A stretch of 64,000 nucleotides of DNA from Gammaproteobacteria bacterium (lineage in GTDB: Bacteria; Pseudomonadota; Gammaproteobacteria; Steroidobacterales; Steroidobacteraceae): assembly GCA_031431655.1 (NCBI GenBank), contig JANPDV010000311.1, forward strand, positions 177 through 64,176, given 5' to 3'. Under the pieces are notes generated by a model. That model did no database searches, was not told where the DNA came from, and worked only from the letters and a program-made list of their open reading frames with translations. Position numbers and translations under genes: made by a program. Shown here piece by piece: positions 24,102 to 37,195 of the stretch (the first letter of the stretch is position 1; each line of letters opens with the position of its first letter).

Positions 24102-25994
24102 TCAGCTGCCGATCACGCCCCCGTCGTCCTTGGTGACAATGATCGTCGCCGAGCGCGGACGTCCGCCGCTCTCGCCCTCCGGCCAGGAGCTGTAGCGCTT
24201 GGGATTGTCGGGAGCATTGGTACCGGTCGGTGCCTCGCCCGGATGCTGGATGCCAACGAACATCGTGCGCTCGTCCGGCGTGACGAACACTCCGGTGATC
24301 TCGCAGACATTCGGGCCAGTAAGGAAGCGCCGGGTCTCGCGCGTGCGCGGATCGGCGCACAGCATCTGGTTGTTGCCGAAACCGGCGTAGGCGCCGGCGT
24401 TGATCGTGCTGCCGGACACGTCAGTCTGGATCCACAGCCGTCCGCTCGGCGCGACATAGATCCCGTCCGGCGAGCCGTATTTGTCACCGACGATGTCCGA
24501 GCCGGTCGCCGCGCTCTGCGGATCGCCCGCGAGCGCGAAGATCTCCCAGGCGAAAGTCGGCTCAGTCCAGTCGTTCCGATACGACCACTGGATGATGTGG
24601 CCGTAGGGGTTCGGGGCGCGCGGGTTCGCGGCGTCTACCGGTGCCTGTCCGGCGGCACCACGACGACTGTTGTTGGTCAGCGTCGCGATCGCGGTCAATG
24701 ACTCGGGGAACGTGTCGATCCACTCCGGTCGATCCATCCTGGTCGCGCCCACACAGTCCGCAGCGCCGCGCGTGTTGATCAGGATGTCCGCCAGGCTCCA
24801 GCCGGCGAGCGCGGGATTGTCCGGCGTCAGCGGCAACCATTCGCCAAAACCACCCGCGTCGAATCGCGCCACGTACAGCGTGCCGTCGTTGAGCGGATGA
24901 ATGCCGCGCCGGAAGGAGCGCCGCCAGGGCAGGCGCGACACGTAGCGATAGATGTACTCGAACTGCTCATCGTCGCCGCTGTATACGACCACTCGGCCGT
25001 CGAGCGCCTCCTGCACCCAGGCGCCTTCATGCTTGAAGCGACCCAGTGCGGTTCGCTTGACGGGAGTCGAGCGCGGATCGAACGGGTTGATCTCGGTGAC
25101 CCAGCCGAAGCGGTTCGCCTCGTTGGGTTCGGCATCCGCGGAGAAGCGCGAGTCCGTCGTATGCCACAGGTAACCGAAGCCCGCGGCCGTGATGCCATAG
25201 CGCCGCTCCAGCTCGGTCTGGGTGCCGGTCTTGCGGAAGTAGCCGTTGAAGTTTTCTTCGCAGGCCAGGTACGTGCCCCACGGCGTGTAGCCCATCGCGC
25301 AGTTGTTCAGCGTGCCCAGCACCCAGCGACCGGTCGGATCGGCGCTGGTGCGCAGGCGCTCGTCGCCGCGCGCCGGGCCGCCGATCATGATGCGCGTATT
25401 GCCGGTGATGCGGCGCGCGTAGTACGAAGGCCGCACTACCCGCCATTCGCCGCCGCGACGGGCGACTTCGACGATGCCAACGCCGTGAGCCGCCAGTGAC
25501 TTGCGGGTCTTCTCGGCGTTCCAGTTCGCCGTGCCGTCCTTGAACAGCAGTACGTCGTCCGTGTACTCGTGGTTCTGCACCAGCAGGCCGCGGCTCGAAC
25601 CCTGCAGCGGGAAGTACACGAGGCCGTCGTTGTGCATGCCCCACTGCTTTTCCTGGTCGGCAGCGGTGTCGCTGGCGTCGGGCTTGAACGCCGGACCGGT
25701 GGAGATCGGGTCGCCCCAGGCGATCAGCACTTTGGCGGTGTAGCCCGCCGGTACCAGCACCCGGTCCGCGCTGGACACGGGAATCCCCTGGAACCCGAGC
25801 AGCGGCCGGCCGTCGTTGGTCGCCGAGGCCGGCACCGCATGCAGTAACGAGCCGACGCCACCCAGCGATGCGGCCACCGCAGCGGCAACGCCGCCACCGA
25901 GCAGCCCGCGTCGTGTGAGGCGCGCCTGTACGACGTCTTCGAAAGTCGGGTTGTCGGACAGATTGCTGATGATGTCGTCGTCGACGATGGACAT
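24102..25994 (-). CDS. phoX: PhoX-family Tat-exported alkaline phosphatase (DUF839)
   Basis: 630 aa. N-terminal RLTRRGLLGGGVAAAVAASLGG twin-arginine signal. Beta-propeller-like body with FVTPDERTMFVGIQHPGE near the C-terminus. Confidence 0.8.
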   Translation of the reverse strand: MSIVDDDIISNLSDNPTFEDVVQARLTRRGLLGGGVAAAVAASLGGVGSLLHAVPASATNDGRPLLGFQGIPVSSADRVLVPAGYTAKVLIAWGDPISTGPAFKPDASDTAADQEKQWGMHNDGLVYFPLQGSSRGLLVQNHEYTDDVLLFKDGTANWNAEKTRKSLAAHGVGIVEVARRGGEWRVVRPSYYARRITGNTRIMIGGPARGDERLRTSADPTGRWVLGTLNNCAMGYTPWGTYLACEENFNGYFRKTGTQTELERRYGITAAGFGYLWHTTDSRFSADAEPNEANRFGWVTEINPFDPRSTPVKRTALGRFKHEGAWVQEALDGRVVVYSGDDEQFEYIYRYVSRLPWRRSFRRGIHPLNDGTLYVARFDAGGFGEWLPLTPDNPALAGWSLADILINTRGAADCVGATRMDRPEWIDTFPESLTAIATLTNNSRRGAAGQAPVDAANPRAPNPYGHIIQWSYRNDWTEPTFAWEIFALAGDPQSAATGSDIVGDKYGSPDGIYVAPSGRLWIQTDVSGSTINAGAYAGFGNNQMLCADPRTRETRRFLTGPNVCEITGVFVTPDERTMFVGIQHPGEAPTGTNAPDNPKRYSSWPEGESGGRPRSATIIVTKDDGGVIGS

Positions 25995-26059
25995 GCGGTG
26001 GCTCCGGAGTGTCGGGCGCGGAAATCGCGCGACACGGAGCTTCGACGTGCCGTGTTACT

Positions 26060-26428
26060 TCAACGCTGCAAAGGCGTGACGGTTTCGCGAAGGCGATCGA
26101 GATCGATCTGTTCGAGCGCAAGCTGCGCCTGTTCGCGCACCGCGACGTCGGCCGAACCGGCGTCTTCGATCAGGTCTGCGAGCGCCGGCTCTGCCGCGAA
26201 CATGCGCGCGGATTCCTCGGCGACGAGCTCGCCTGGCTGTGCCGGAGGCGGTGCGGCAATCGAAGGCTCGGCATCGCTCGCTACGCCGCGCCAGCTCGCG
26301 GGCCCCGGGTCCGGGACCAATGCCGCGGCCGGCGGCGTACTGCTCGCCCGCGTGGCCAGATATCCCACAGCTCCAGCCGCCGCAAGCGCGGCAGCGAGAA
26401 CCCAGACTTGCGTGGGCGGTCGGGACAT
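26060..26428 (-). CDS. Hypothetical membrane-anchored protein
   Basis: 122 aa. One N-terminal TM, a Pro/Ala-rich linker and an acidic C-terminal helix. No motif recognised. Confidence 0.35.
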   Translation of the reverse strand: MSRPPTQVWVLAAALAAAGAVGYLATRASSTPPAAALVPDPGPASWRGVASDAEPSIAAPPPAQPGELVAEESARMFAAEPALADLIEDAGSADVAVREQAQLALEQIDLDRLRETVTPLQR

Positions 26429-26452
26429 CGACCCAACGCTAGCAGCGGATTG

Positions 26453-27418
26453 TTAAGGCCTCGCGACGGTCGGGGTACCGCCCGTTCGCGGCCGCGCCTT
26501 GGCCAGCGCCTCGTCGAGCATCTGCACCAGCGCCTCGCGGTCGTAGGTATAGGCCTGACCCTCGTTGAGCTGCACCAGCTCCCGAACCGCCTGCCGGATC
26601 GTGAACCGCGCCTCGCTCTCGTTCGGCACGATCATGTAGCGCCGCTGGGGTTTCGGCTCGGACAGCGCACGCGACACGGCCTCGGCGACTTCATCGGGTG
26701 GCTTGTACTGCGCGCGCTGTGCGAGCGGATTATCTGGCTGGCCCTGCCGGCGCGCCGCCGTGGCGCCGATCTCACTGTTGTAGTTGCCCGGCTCGACGAC
26801 GCTGACCGCAACGCCGAGTGGCTCCATCTGGGCAGCCAGCGAATCGGTGAACGCTTCCACCGCGTGCTTGCTCATGCTGTACACGCCGAGGTCGCGCCCG
26901 GAAAGGATGCCGGAGATCGAGCCGATGGTGGTGATGCGGCCCTTGGAGGCAACGATCAACGGCGTGAACGCGCGCGTTACCCGAAACGGGCCATACATGT
27001 TCACCTGCATCACGAAATCGAAGTCCGCGTCGGAGGTCTGCGCGAACGGGCCGCTGACGGCGACTCCCGCGTTGTTGACCAGGCCATACAGGCCGCGACC
27101 TGCCCTGGTGATGGTTTCAACGGCGGCGGCGATCTGCGCCGGATCGGTCACATCCAGCCGGATCGGCTGCACGTTGCGGATGGTCGCCAGCGCGGCGAGG
27201 TCCGCGTCCTTGCGGGCGCCGGCGTAGACGAAGTAACCGTCACGCGCGAGACGTTCGGTGACGTAGCGGCCGATGCCCGTACTGGCCCCGGTGACGAGGA
27301 TGGCACGCGGCGCGAGGTTGTCCTGCTTGCCGTCCGTTCCTGCCGCTCCGGCGGCCCCCATGCCGAACAGCGCGCACGACAGTGCCGCCAGCATTGCGAG
27401 TTTCGAGGAGACCTGCAT
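26453..27418 (-). CDS. SDR family oxidoreductase with N-terminal signal/anchor-like segment
   Basis: Internal ATG 27418 (MQVSSKLAMLAALSCALFG...). TGASTGIGR cofactor motif, NNAG, and YSMSKHA (Y-x3-K). Confidence 0.8.
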   Translation of the reverse strand: MQVSSKLAMLAALSCALFGMGAAGAAGTDGKQDNLAPRAILVTGASTGIGRYVTERLARDGYFVYAGARKDADLAALATIRNVQPIRLDVTDPAQIAAAVETITRAGRGLYGLVNNAGVAVSGPFAQTSDADFDFVMQVNMYGPFRVTRAFTPLIVASKGRITTIGSISGILSGRDLGVYSMSKHAVEAFTDSLAAQMEPLGVAVSVVEPGNYNSEIGATAARRQGQPDNPLAQRAQYKPPDEVAEAVSRALSEPKPQRRYMIVPNESEARFTIRQAVRELVQLNEGQAYTYDREALVQMLDEALAKARPRTGGTPTVARP

Positions 27419-27468
27419 GGGATGTGCCCTGATGATTGGCCCGGCGCTCCCGGGCGGGCACAGTCTAC

Positions 27469-27777
27469 CTAAGGCTTGGCGGTACGCTTCAACTCGTGCC
27501 GATAGACGAAGCAGGCGCCGAAGCGACGCGCATCGCGCACCGGGCCGCGCTGACCGGGCTGCAGCTTCTTCGGGTCCCCGATCCACCCGTGCTCGCGCAC
27601 CTTCGTGACCCGATAGCCGTCGTCGGCGATGTACAGCCTGGCGATCGCCAGGGCGCCCGATTGCAGCGGAAAATCCACCCAGCACTCGACCACGGCGCGT
27701 TGCTGGGATTTCGGCATGCGCACGCCTGCTTTGGCGCGGACGTCGATCATGAAGAAGTGCATTGGCCGTGGTTTCAT
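27469..27777 (-). CDS. Hypothetical small protein
   Basis: Start is trimmed to ATG 27777, the first start that clears the upstream gene end at 27824. No motif recognised. Confidence 0.3.
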   Translation of the reverse strand: MKPRPMHFFMIDVRAKAGVRMPKSQQRAVVECWVDFPLQSGALAIARLYIADDGYRVTKVREHGWIGDPKKLQPGQRGPVRDARRFGACFVYRHELKRTAKP

Positions 27778-27823
27778 GGGCCGCGAGCGTAACGACTTGG
27801 CGCGCTGCCCGCCAGCCTGAAGG

Positions 27824-28825
27824 TCATCGCACGTCCAGCGTCTTGCCCATGCGCGCGCAAGGCACCTGGACACCCGTCGACGTAGGCACCAGAACCCTCT
27901 CGATCAGCTCGAATCCGCACGCGCGATACAAAGGCTCGCCCGCCACCGTTGCCATCAGCTCCAGCTCCCGGAAGCCCGCGCGCGCGGCCGCCGCCTCGCA
28001 GTGCGCCAGCACGGTTCGCCCGACGCCACGGCGCGCGAACTTAGGGTGGGTATACATGGCGCGTATCCGGGCCGGCTCGGTCGACGGATCCAGCAGTCGC
28101 GCACTGCGGCCCGCGGTGTGATCGCCGCCGAACAGGGTGGCGCGGCGACTCCAACCGCCGCAACCGGCTATCTGGCCGTCCAGCTCGACGACGAAATAGG
28201 TGCCGTCCTCGATCAGCTGGGTGTCGAGTCCCATGAACTCGAAGGACGCCCGTGTAGCAGGCTCGTCCAGGACGGCGCCAACCAGTTCGCGAATCGACTC
28301 GTTCATCAGTGAGTGCAGCTGCGGTAGCTCCGCCTGGGTTGCGAGTCGGACCGGGGATGGCAGCGCAGCGGACGCCCCCGGCGCATCAGGCGACGGGAAA
28401 ACGTGCCTGAACGTAAAGGCGGCTACCGTCGGCCCTGCGGTACGCAGCAGCGCCAGCCTCTCGCTCGCCTCCTCGATGCTCGGGCGATGTCCCGTCGGCA
28501 CCCACCAGAGCACCATGAACGCCTCGTGCATCCGCTCGAACCACTCCTTGCGGCGGCGCATGATCTCGAGGTGCGCGGACTTGTAGACGAAATGCGAAAG
28601 CGAGTCGATATCGCGCCACGTGGAGATATTGACCAGCCTGTCCGCGCCCATCGGCCGCAGCGCCGTGGCATCGCCTGCGTCGGTCTGCAGTCGCCAGACG
28701 AACCCGGGCGCATCGTCCGCCAGCGCATTGATGCGCTCGATGTTCGCCACGAAGTCCGCCATGCCCGGAGACTCCATGGGCTCGCGCATCGTGGCGATGT
28801 TCAACTGGGCCAGTTCGTAGCCCAC
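27824..28825 (-). CDS. DUF3291 domain fused to a GNAT N-acetyltransferase domain
   Basis: GTG 28825 gives (M)GYELAQLNIATMREPMESPGMADFV..., a DUF3291-like N-terminus. The C-terminal half has the GNAT pattern QIAGCGGW...MYTHPKFARRGVGRTVL...ACGFE. Confidence 0.6.
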   Translation of the reverse strand: MGYELAQLNIATMREPMESPGMADFVANIERINALADDAPGFVWRLQTDAGDATALRPMGADRLVNISTWRDIDSLSHFVYKSAHLEIMRRRKEWFERMHEAFMVLWWVPTGHRPSIEEASERLALLRTAGPTVAAFTFRHVFPSPDAPGASAALPSPVRLATQAELPQLHSLMNESIRELVGAVLDEPATRASFEFMGLDTQLIEDGTYFVVELDGQIAGCGGWSRRATLFGGDHTAGRSARLLDPSTEPARIRAMYTHPKFARRGVGRTVLAHCEAAAARAGFRELELMATVAGEPLYRACGFELIERVLVPTSTGVQVPCARMGKTLDVR

Positions 28826-28842
28826 GATGGCGTGCACCGCTG

Positions 28843-29544
28843 CTAGCCCGTGAAGCGTGAAACCAGGGCTTTGTCCTGCGGCACTTCCGGCGAGAACTCG
28901 CGCGCGTCGGCGAAGGCACGGACGAACGCCGGTCGTTTCGCCAGCGTGGATACGTAGCGCCGGAACAGCTCCGGCCGGCACAGACCATAGCCGCGCGCCC
29001 AGGTCACGCTGTGGCCGACGATGCAATCCGCCGCAGTAAAGCGTTCGCCACAGATGAAGGGTGCCCGTTCGAGTCGCGCCGCGATCTGCGGTTCGGCCTC
29101 TTCCACGAACTTCCTGCGATAGCGGGCGATGGTGCGCGCGTCCCGTTCCGCTACCGGCAGCACGTGCTCGTGGATGCGGATCTGCCACAGCATCATGTCC
29201 ATCCAGGTCGACCCAAAATGCAGCATCTGCAGATAGTCGGCGCGCTCAGGCGAAGCCCCCGGCGACGGCGCGAGTTGCTTGTCCGGGTAGGCGTCAGCGA
29301 GGAACGCCACGATAGCGGCGCTTTCGAACACCCGCTGCGTAGCGCCGGTGTCCCAGGTGATCTCGAGCACCGGCACCGCGTGATTCGGGTTCAGGCGCAG
29401 GAAGTCCGCGCTGTACTGGGCACCGTCGTAGAGCGCGACTCTTTCGACCTCGAAGTCATCGCCCACGACTTCGTGCAACGCCCATTTCGCCCTGGCGCTG
29501 CGCGAGGCAGGGAAGTGGTGGAGCTTGAGATGCTGGATGTTCAT
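28843..29544 (-). CDS. Glutathione S-transferase
   Basis: Internal ATG 29544 (MNIQHLKLHHFPASRSARAKWAL...). NPNHAVPVLE and ESAAIVAFLA motifs in the N-terminal thioredoxin-like domain. Confidence 0.8.
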   Translation of the reverse strand: MNIQHLKLHHFPASRSARAKWALHEVVGDDFEVERVALYDGAQYSADFLRLNPNHAVPVLEITWDTGATQRVFESAAIVAFLADAYPDKQLAPSPGASPERADYLQMLHFGSTWMDMMLWQIRIHEHVLPVAERDARTIARYRRKFVEEAEPQIAARLERAPFICGERFTAADCIVGHSVTWARGYGLCRPELFRRYVSTLAKRPAFVRAFADAREFSPEVPQDKALVSRFTG

Positions 29545-29644
29545 TGCATGGTCGCCTCGAGACGTCGGTCCGGTCCGCGTCCGCAAGCGCTCCATCGAGG
29601 CCGGCAGGTCGGATTTGCGGTAAGGTAAAGGCTCCGAGGAGGTA

Positions 29645-31453
29645 GTGCCATGCCAACTCGAATACCGCAGCGTCAGCCGTTCGTCCGTGACGTACGGCAC
29701 CGTCAAGCAGCTGCCCCACAACCGCAACGGCTTGTGGTTCATCGGCCGCGAGACGATCGAAAGCGACGCCTTTACCGACCTCCAGGAGAACTACGGCCCG
29801 TTGGCGATCGGGGCGTGCGTCGCCGTCGAGAAGCGCGGCAATCGCGCACGGAGGATCATGACCGTGCGCAGCACAGCCGCATGGGGCCGGCCGCTCCCGA
29901 GCGCGTCCTGCGGTAGCGGCGCGCGGACGATGCAGCGCTCATCGGCCGTCGCGCTCACGCTGTCGGTCGCGGCGCATGCCTTGCTGCTCTGGGCGTGGCA
30001 CGCACCGGGTCAGGATTCAACGGAACTCCGCGCGCCGCCGGATTTCAGGTTCTGGATCGAGCGCCCGGCGGATCGCGACGTGGCGAGTGATGACGTGGGT
30101 CAGCTGGCGCATTCGACCGCCAACCGCGTCCCGCGGCCTTCGTCGGCGCCCGAGTCGAAAAAGCAGGCCCTGCCTGACGCCACGACGGCCGAGCCCGTCG
30201 CGGCTTCGAACCTCGGCGACACCCCGATCACCGTCGCAGACGTTCCGCCGGAGCCGCCCGCGTCGGAGGTCAGCGACACCGCGGACGCCGAGGTGATCAG
30301 CGTCATTGCCGCGAGCGGCACGACGATGCCGTCCGCCGAGCGCCAGATGCTCTCGAGCCGCGTCAAGGCGTGGTCACAGAGCTTCCAGGGCGCGCAGCTG
30401 CTCGGCACGCGCGTGACGTGGCAGGAGAGTGGCCAGCGCTACACGGCAGCGCTGCAACGCGTGCCGGCCAGCAGCCCGACCGACATCGAGCGCGTGCTCG
30501 TCGACCTCGAGACGCAGCAGGATGGCCGGCTGCTGAAGAGCCGGATGCAGATGAAGCGGCTCGCGTTCTCCCATTTCAATCAGCTCGTCGACCACTGGGA
30601 CACCGACGTGCAGCTGCACGACGACGAGATCGTCGGCCGCTTCCACAGCAACACGAAGCTGATCGTTGGCTGGGACCGCGATGCTGCGCCACGATTTCTC
30701 GGCCCGGTAACGACCGCGGCGCGCTCCATCGACATCACGGACGCGGTGCACCCGCGTGCCTGGCGCGAGATTTTTCGAGGCGGCGTGGAGATGGGGGCAC
30801 AGCGCATCGTGCTGCGACGCTACGACTACGGCTTCGCGCAGGACGCGCGCGCCGTGCCCACACCGACGCAGAGCTTTGCGGCGGCTACCGAGCTGGTATT
30901 CGAGGCGGATGGCCGCATCCGGTGGCGCGCCGCCGATTCCGCCGATCCGCTGCGCACCGTCGACGTCGGCAGCGGTGCCGTATTCCTCACCGGCGGTCCC
31001 GGCGTAACGCTGTTTGTCAGCGGTACCGTGCGCGGCACGGTCCTGGTCTATTCACCGCAGGATATCGTCATCGTCGGCAGCCTGAGATATGCGCGGGATC
31101 CGCGTGAGAACCCGCAGTCACGGGATTACCTGGGACTCGCTGCCGACAACGACGTGGTGGTGGCGGGCAGCGACCGGACCGGGCCGGGCGATCTGCAAAT
31201 CGACGCCGCGATATACGCGCGCCGACGGTTTGAAGTGCGCGATTTCGAGACGCGGCGCCAGGGCACCCTGGTTGTGTACGGCAGTCTTTCGGCCGGCAGC
31301 CTGTCGGCGACCGAGCCGCGCTACGCGACCAGGGTCGAGTTCGACCCACGATTCGAGTCGACCCGACCACCAGGCTTCCCGATTACGGACCGCTACGAAC
31401 TGGAGAGCTGGGATGGCCTGTGGACGCCGGCCGAAGGGCTCGCTCCACCCTGA
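29645..31453 (+). CDS. Hypothetical single-pass membrane protein with a large C-terminal extracytoplasmic domain (start uncertain: 29645, 29687, 29858 or 29930)
   Basis: High GC3 (roughly 85-90 percent by hand count) in this frame from about 29650 onward. TM segment SSAVALTLSVAAHALLLWAW. Pro/Ala-rich linker. No catalytic motif recognised. Confidence 0.5.
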   Translation: MPCQLEYRSVSRSSVTYGTVKQLPHNRNGLWFIGRETIESDAFTDLQENYGPLAIGACVAVEKRGNRARRIMTVRSTAAWGRPLPSASCGSGARTMQRSSAVALTLSVAAHALLLWAWHAPGQDSTELRAPPDFRFWIERPADRDVASDDVGQLAHSTANRVPRPSSAPESKKQALPDATTAEPVAASNLGDTPITVADVPPEPPASEVSDTADAEVISVIAASGTTMPSAERQMLSSRVKAWSQSFQGAQLLGTRVTWQESGQRYTAALQRVPASSPTDIERVLVDLETQQDGRLLKSRMQMKRLAFSHFNQLVDHWDTDVQLHDDEIVGRFHSNTKLIVGWDRDAAPRFLGPVTTAARSIDITDAVHPRAWREIFRGGVEMGAQRIVLRRYDYGFAQDARAVPTPTQSFAAATELVFEADGRIRWRAADSADPLRTVDVGSGAVFLTGGPGVTLFVSGTVRGTVLVYSPQDIVIVGSLRYARDPRENPQSRDYLGLAADNDVVVAGSDRTGPGDLQIDAAIYARRRFEVRDFETRRQGTLVVYGSLSAGSLSATEPRYATRVEFDPRFESTRPPGFPITDRYELESWDGLWTPAEGLAPP

Positions 31454-31555
31454 GGCCGCTCGCGACAGCGGGCGCCTGCCTTGCCTGCGACACCTCGTCC
31501 GATGTTGCTGGCAATCCTTGGTTAGTATTCCTGGTGGGCAATGAGGAGGCGCGGC

Positions 31556-31924
31556 GTGGCTAGCAAGTGGTTGGACAGTCTGCTTGGTCGCGAAGCGCCG
31601 CAGGCCAGGACCGCTCCCGGCACCGCCAAACGCCCGAACGCTTTTCAGTCCGTGAGCGTGAGTCCATGCGCCGAGGCGTGTCAGGCGGCGCTGCTGTTGC
31701 GCGACAAGCCCTTCCTGGTGCAGAAGGCGCCACGCCTGCCGCTGCCCGAGTGTTCACGGCCGACGAAATGCACCTGCCGGTTCAGCAAACACATGGACCG
31801 GCGGTCGAAGGAAGACAAGCGTTCGCCGTACGCAGACTCGCGCAGCATCACCTACGCCGGCAGCGAGAAGCGCGGCTCGCCGGGCCGGCGCACGACGGAC
31901 TTGGGTAAGGGCAAGAAAAAATGA
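31556..31924 (+). CDS. Small basic Cys-containing protein, unknown function
   Basis: GAGGAG lies 7 nt upstream of GTG 31556. Five Cys (CAEAC..., [14 protein letters not shown]) and a Lys/Arg-rich tail. Convergent with gyrB. Confidence 0.35.
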   Translation: MASKWLDSLLGREAPQARTAPGTAKRPNAFQSVSVSPCAEACQAALLLRDKPFLVQKAPRLPLPECSRPTKCTCRFSKHMDRRSKEDKRSPYADSRSITYAGSEKRGSPGRRTTDLGKGKKK

Positions 31925-31939
31925 GCGCGGCAGCGCCGC

Positions 31940-36124
<4,185 letters not shown>

Positions 36125-36127
36125 TTA

Positions 36128-37192
36128 TTATACCTTTTTGACGCCGCCACGTTCCACGTGAAACACCGCTTCGGGCGCACCGAAAAGAGCGAAGTCCCGC
36201 GTCAGCGCCGTGATGATCATCTGGGCTTCCAGCGCCTTCACCCGCGTGATCAGGACGTCCAGTCGCCCGCGGTCAAGCTCCGCGCTCGGGTCATCGAGTA
36301 GCAGGGTGGGTACCGTCTCCTGGGTTGCCTTCAGGTACTCGAGCTGCAGCAGCACCAGCCCTGCCCCGGCGAGCTTCTGCTGACCTCGCGAGAGCACCTC
36401 CCTGGCGTGCTTGCCGCCGACCCGCAGCGTGACGTCCGCCCGGTGAGGTCCAACCGTGGTGCTGCCACGCTCGCGATCGCGGGTCTCAGCCCGCTGCAGC
36501 GCCTCCGCCAGCGGCGTGCCGCGCTCCCATCCGCCCTGAAGTCCGAGCGCCACGGGCACGCCCACCAGGGCTTCGCAGAGGGACTCCCAGCCTGCCGCGA
36601 GGCGCTCAAAAGCCCGCGCGCGAAACCCTGCCAGCCGTTCGCCTTCGGATACCAGCTGACTGTCCCAGGCGCCAAGGTCGCTAACCCCGGTCATCAGCGC
36701 CGCGTTGCGCTGCCGGAGCACCCGCTGGTAGCGGCTCCAGGTGTCCGCAAAACCAGGTTCCACGTGGAACACCAGCCAGTCGAGCCAGCGGCGACGCACC
36801 GAAGGGCCTTCCTCTATCAGCCGATGAAGCTCCGGATCCAGGATCTCCACCGGGAAAATACGCGCCATCTCCGCCAGCGCTGGGGGTGTCTGCTGGTCGA
36901 TCCGTGCCCGGGTCGCAGCGCCGCGCTCGATTTCGATACCCAGGCTGTGATCGAGACCGTCTGCGAACACGGTGCCCCGGATCCGGCAGACGCTCTCTTG
37001 ATTGCTGATCACCCGTTCGCTGGAACGCGTGCGGAACGAGCGGCCCCGCCCGAGGAGGTAAGCAGCCTCCAGGATGGAGGTCTTGCCAGCCCCGTTTTCG
37101 CCGAAGATCAGGTTGCTATGGGGTGCGAGGGCAAGATGCGCACTGTGAATGCAGCGGAGCCCCTTGATCCAGAGCTCCGAAAGCTGTCGCAA
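36128..37192 (-). CDS. recF: DNA replication/repair protein RecF
   Basis: 354 aa. Walker A GENGAGKTSILEA and signature-like LLLDDPSAELD. Canonical position between dnaN and gyrB. Confidence 0.9.
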   Translation of the reverse strand: MRQLSELWIKGLRCIHSAHLALAPHSNLIFGENGAGKTSILEAAYLLGRGRSFRTRSSERVISNQESVCRIRGTVFADGLDHSLGIEIERGAATRARIDQQTPPALAEMARIFPVEILDPELHRLIEEGPSVRRRWLDWLVFHVEPGFADTWSRYQRVLRQRNAALMTGVSDLGAWDSQLVSEGERLAGFRARAFERLAAGWESLCEALVGVPVALGLQGGWERGTPLAEALQRAETRDRERGSTTVGPHRADVTLRVGGKHAREVLSRGQQKLAGAGLVLLQLEYLKATQETVPTLLLDDPSAELDRGRLDVLITRVKALEAQMIITALTRDFALFGAPEAVFHVERGGVKKV

Positions 37193-37195
37193 TGG

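Noticed and set aside
26009-26035. Inverted repeat gtgtcgggcgcg-gaaat-cgcgcgacac just upstream of phoX.
   Set aside because: The stem is imperfect, with a two-base bulge. Its function as an attenuator, operator or terminator of the upstream small gene cannot be decided from sequence alone.
29687-29860. Faint resemblance of the N-terminus YGTVKQLPHNRNGLWFIGRE...DAFTDL...GACVAVEKRG to a cold-shock/OB domain.
   Set aside because: The RNP1/RNP2 aromatic motifs are not conserved, so the resemblance rests on spacing only.
29650-29916. An 88-aa Arg-rich ORF with an ideal SD spacing.
   Set aside because: Third-position GC is only about 55 percent, against about 85-90 percent in the overlapping frame. 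The composition looks like an off-frame artefact. It is kept only as a start-site anomaly in the findings.
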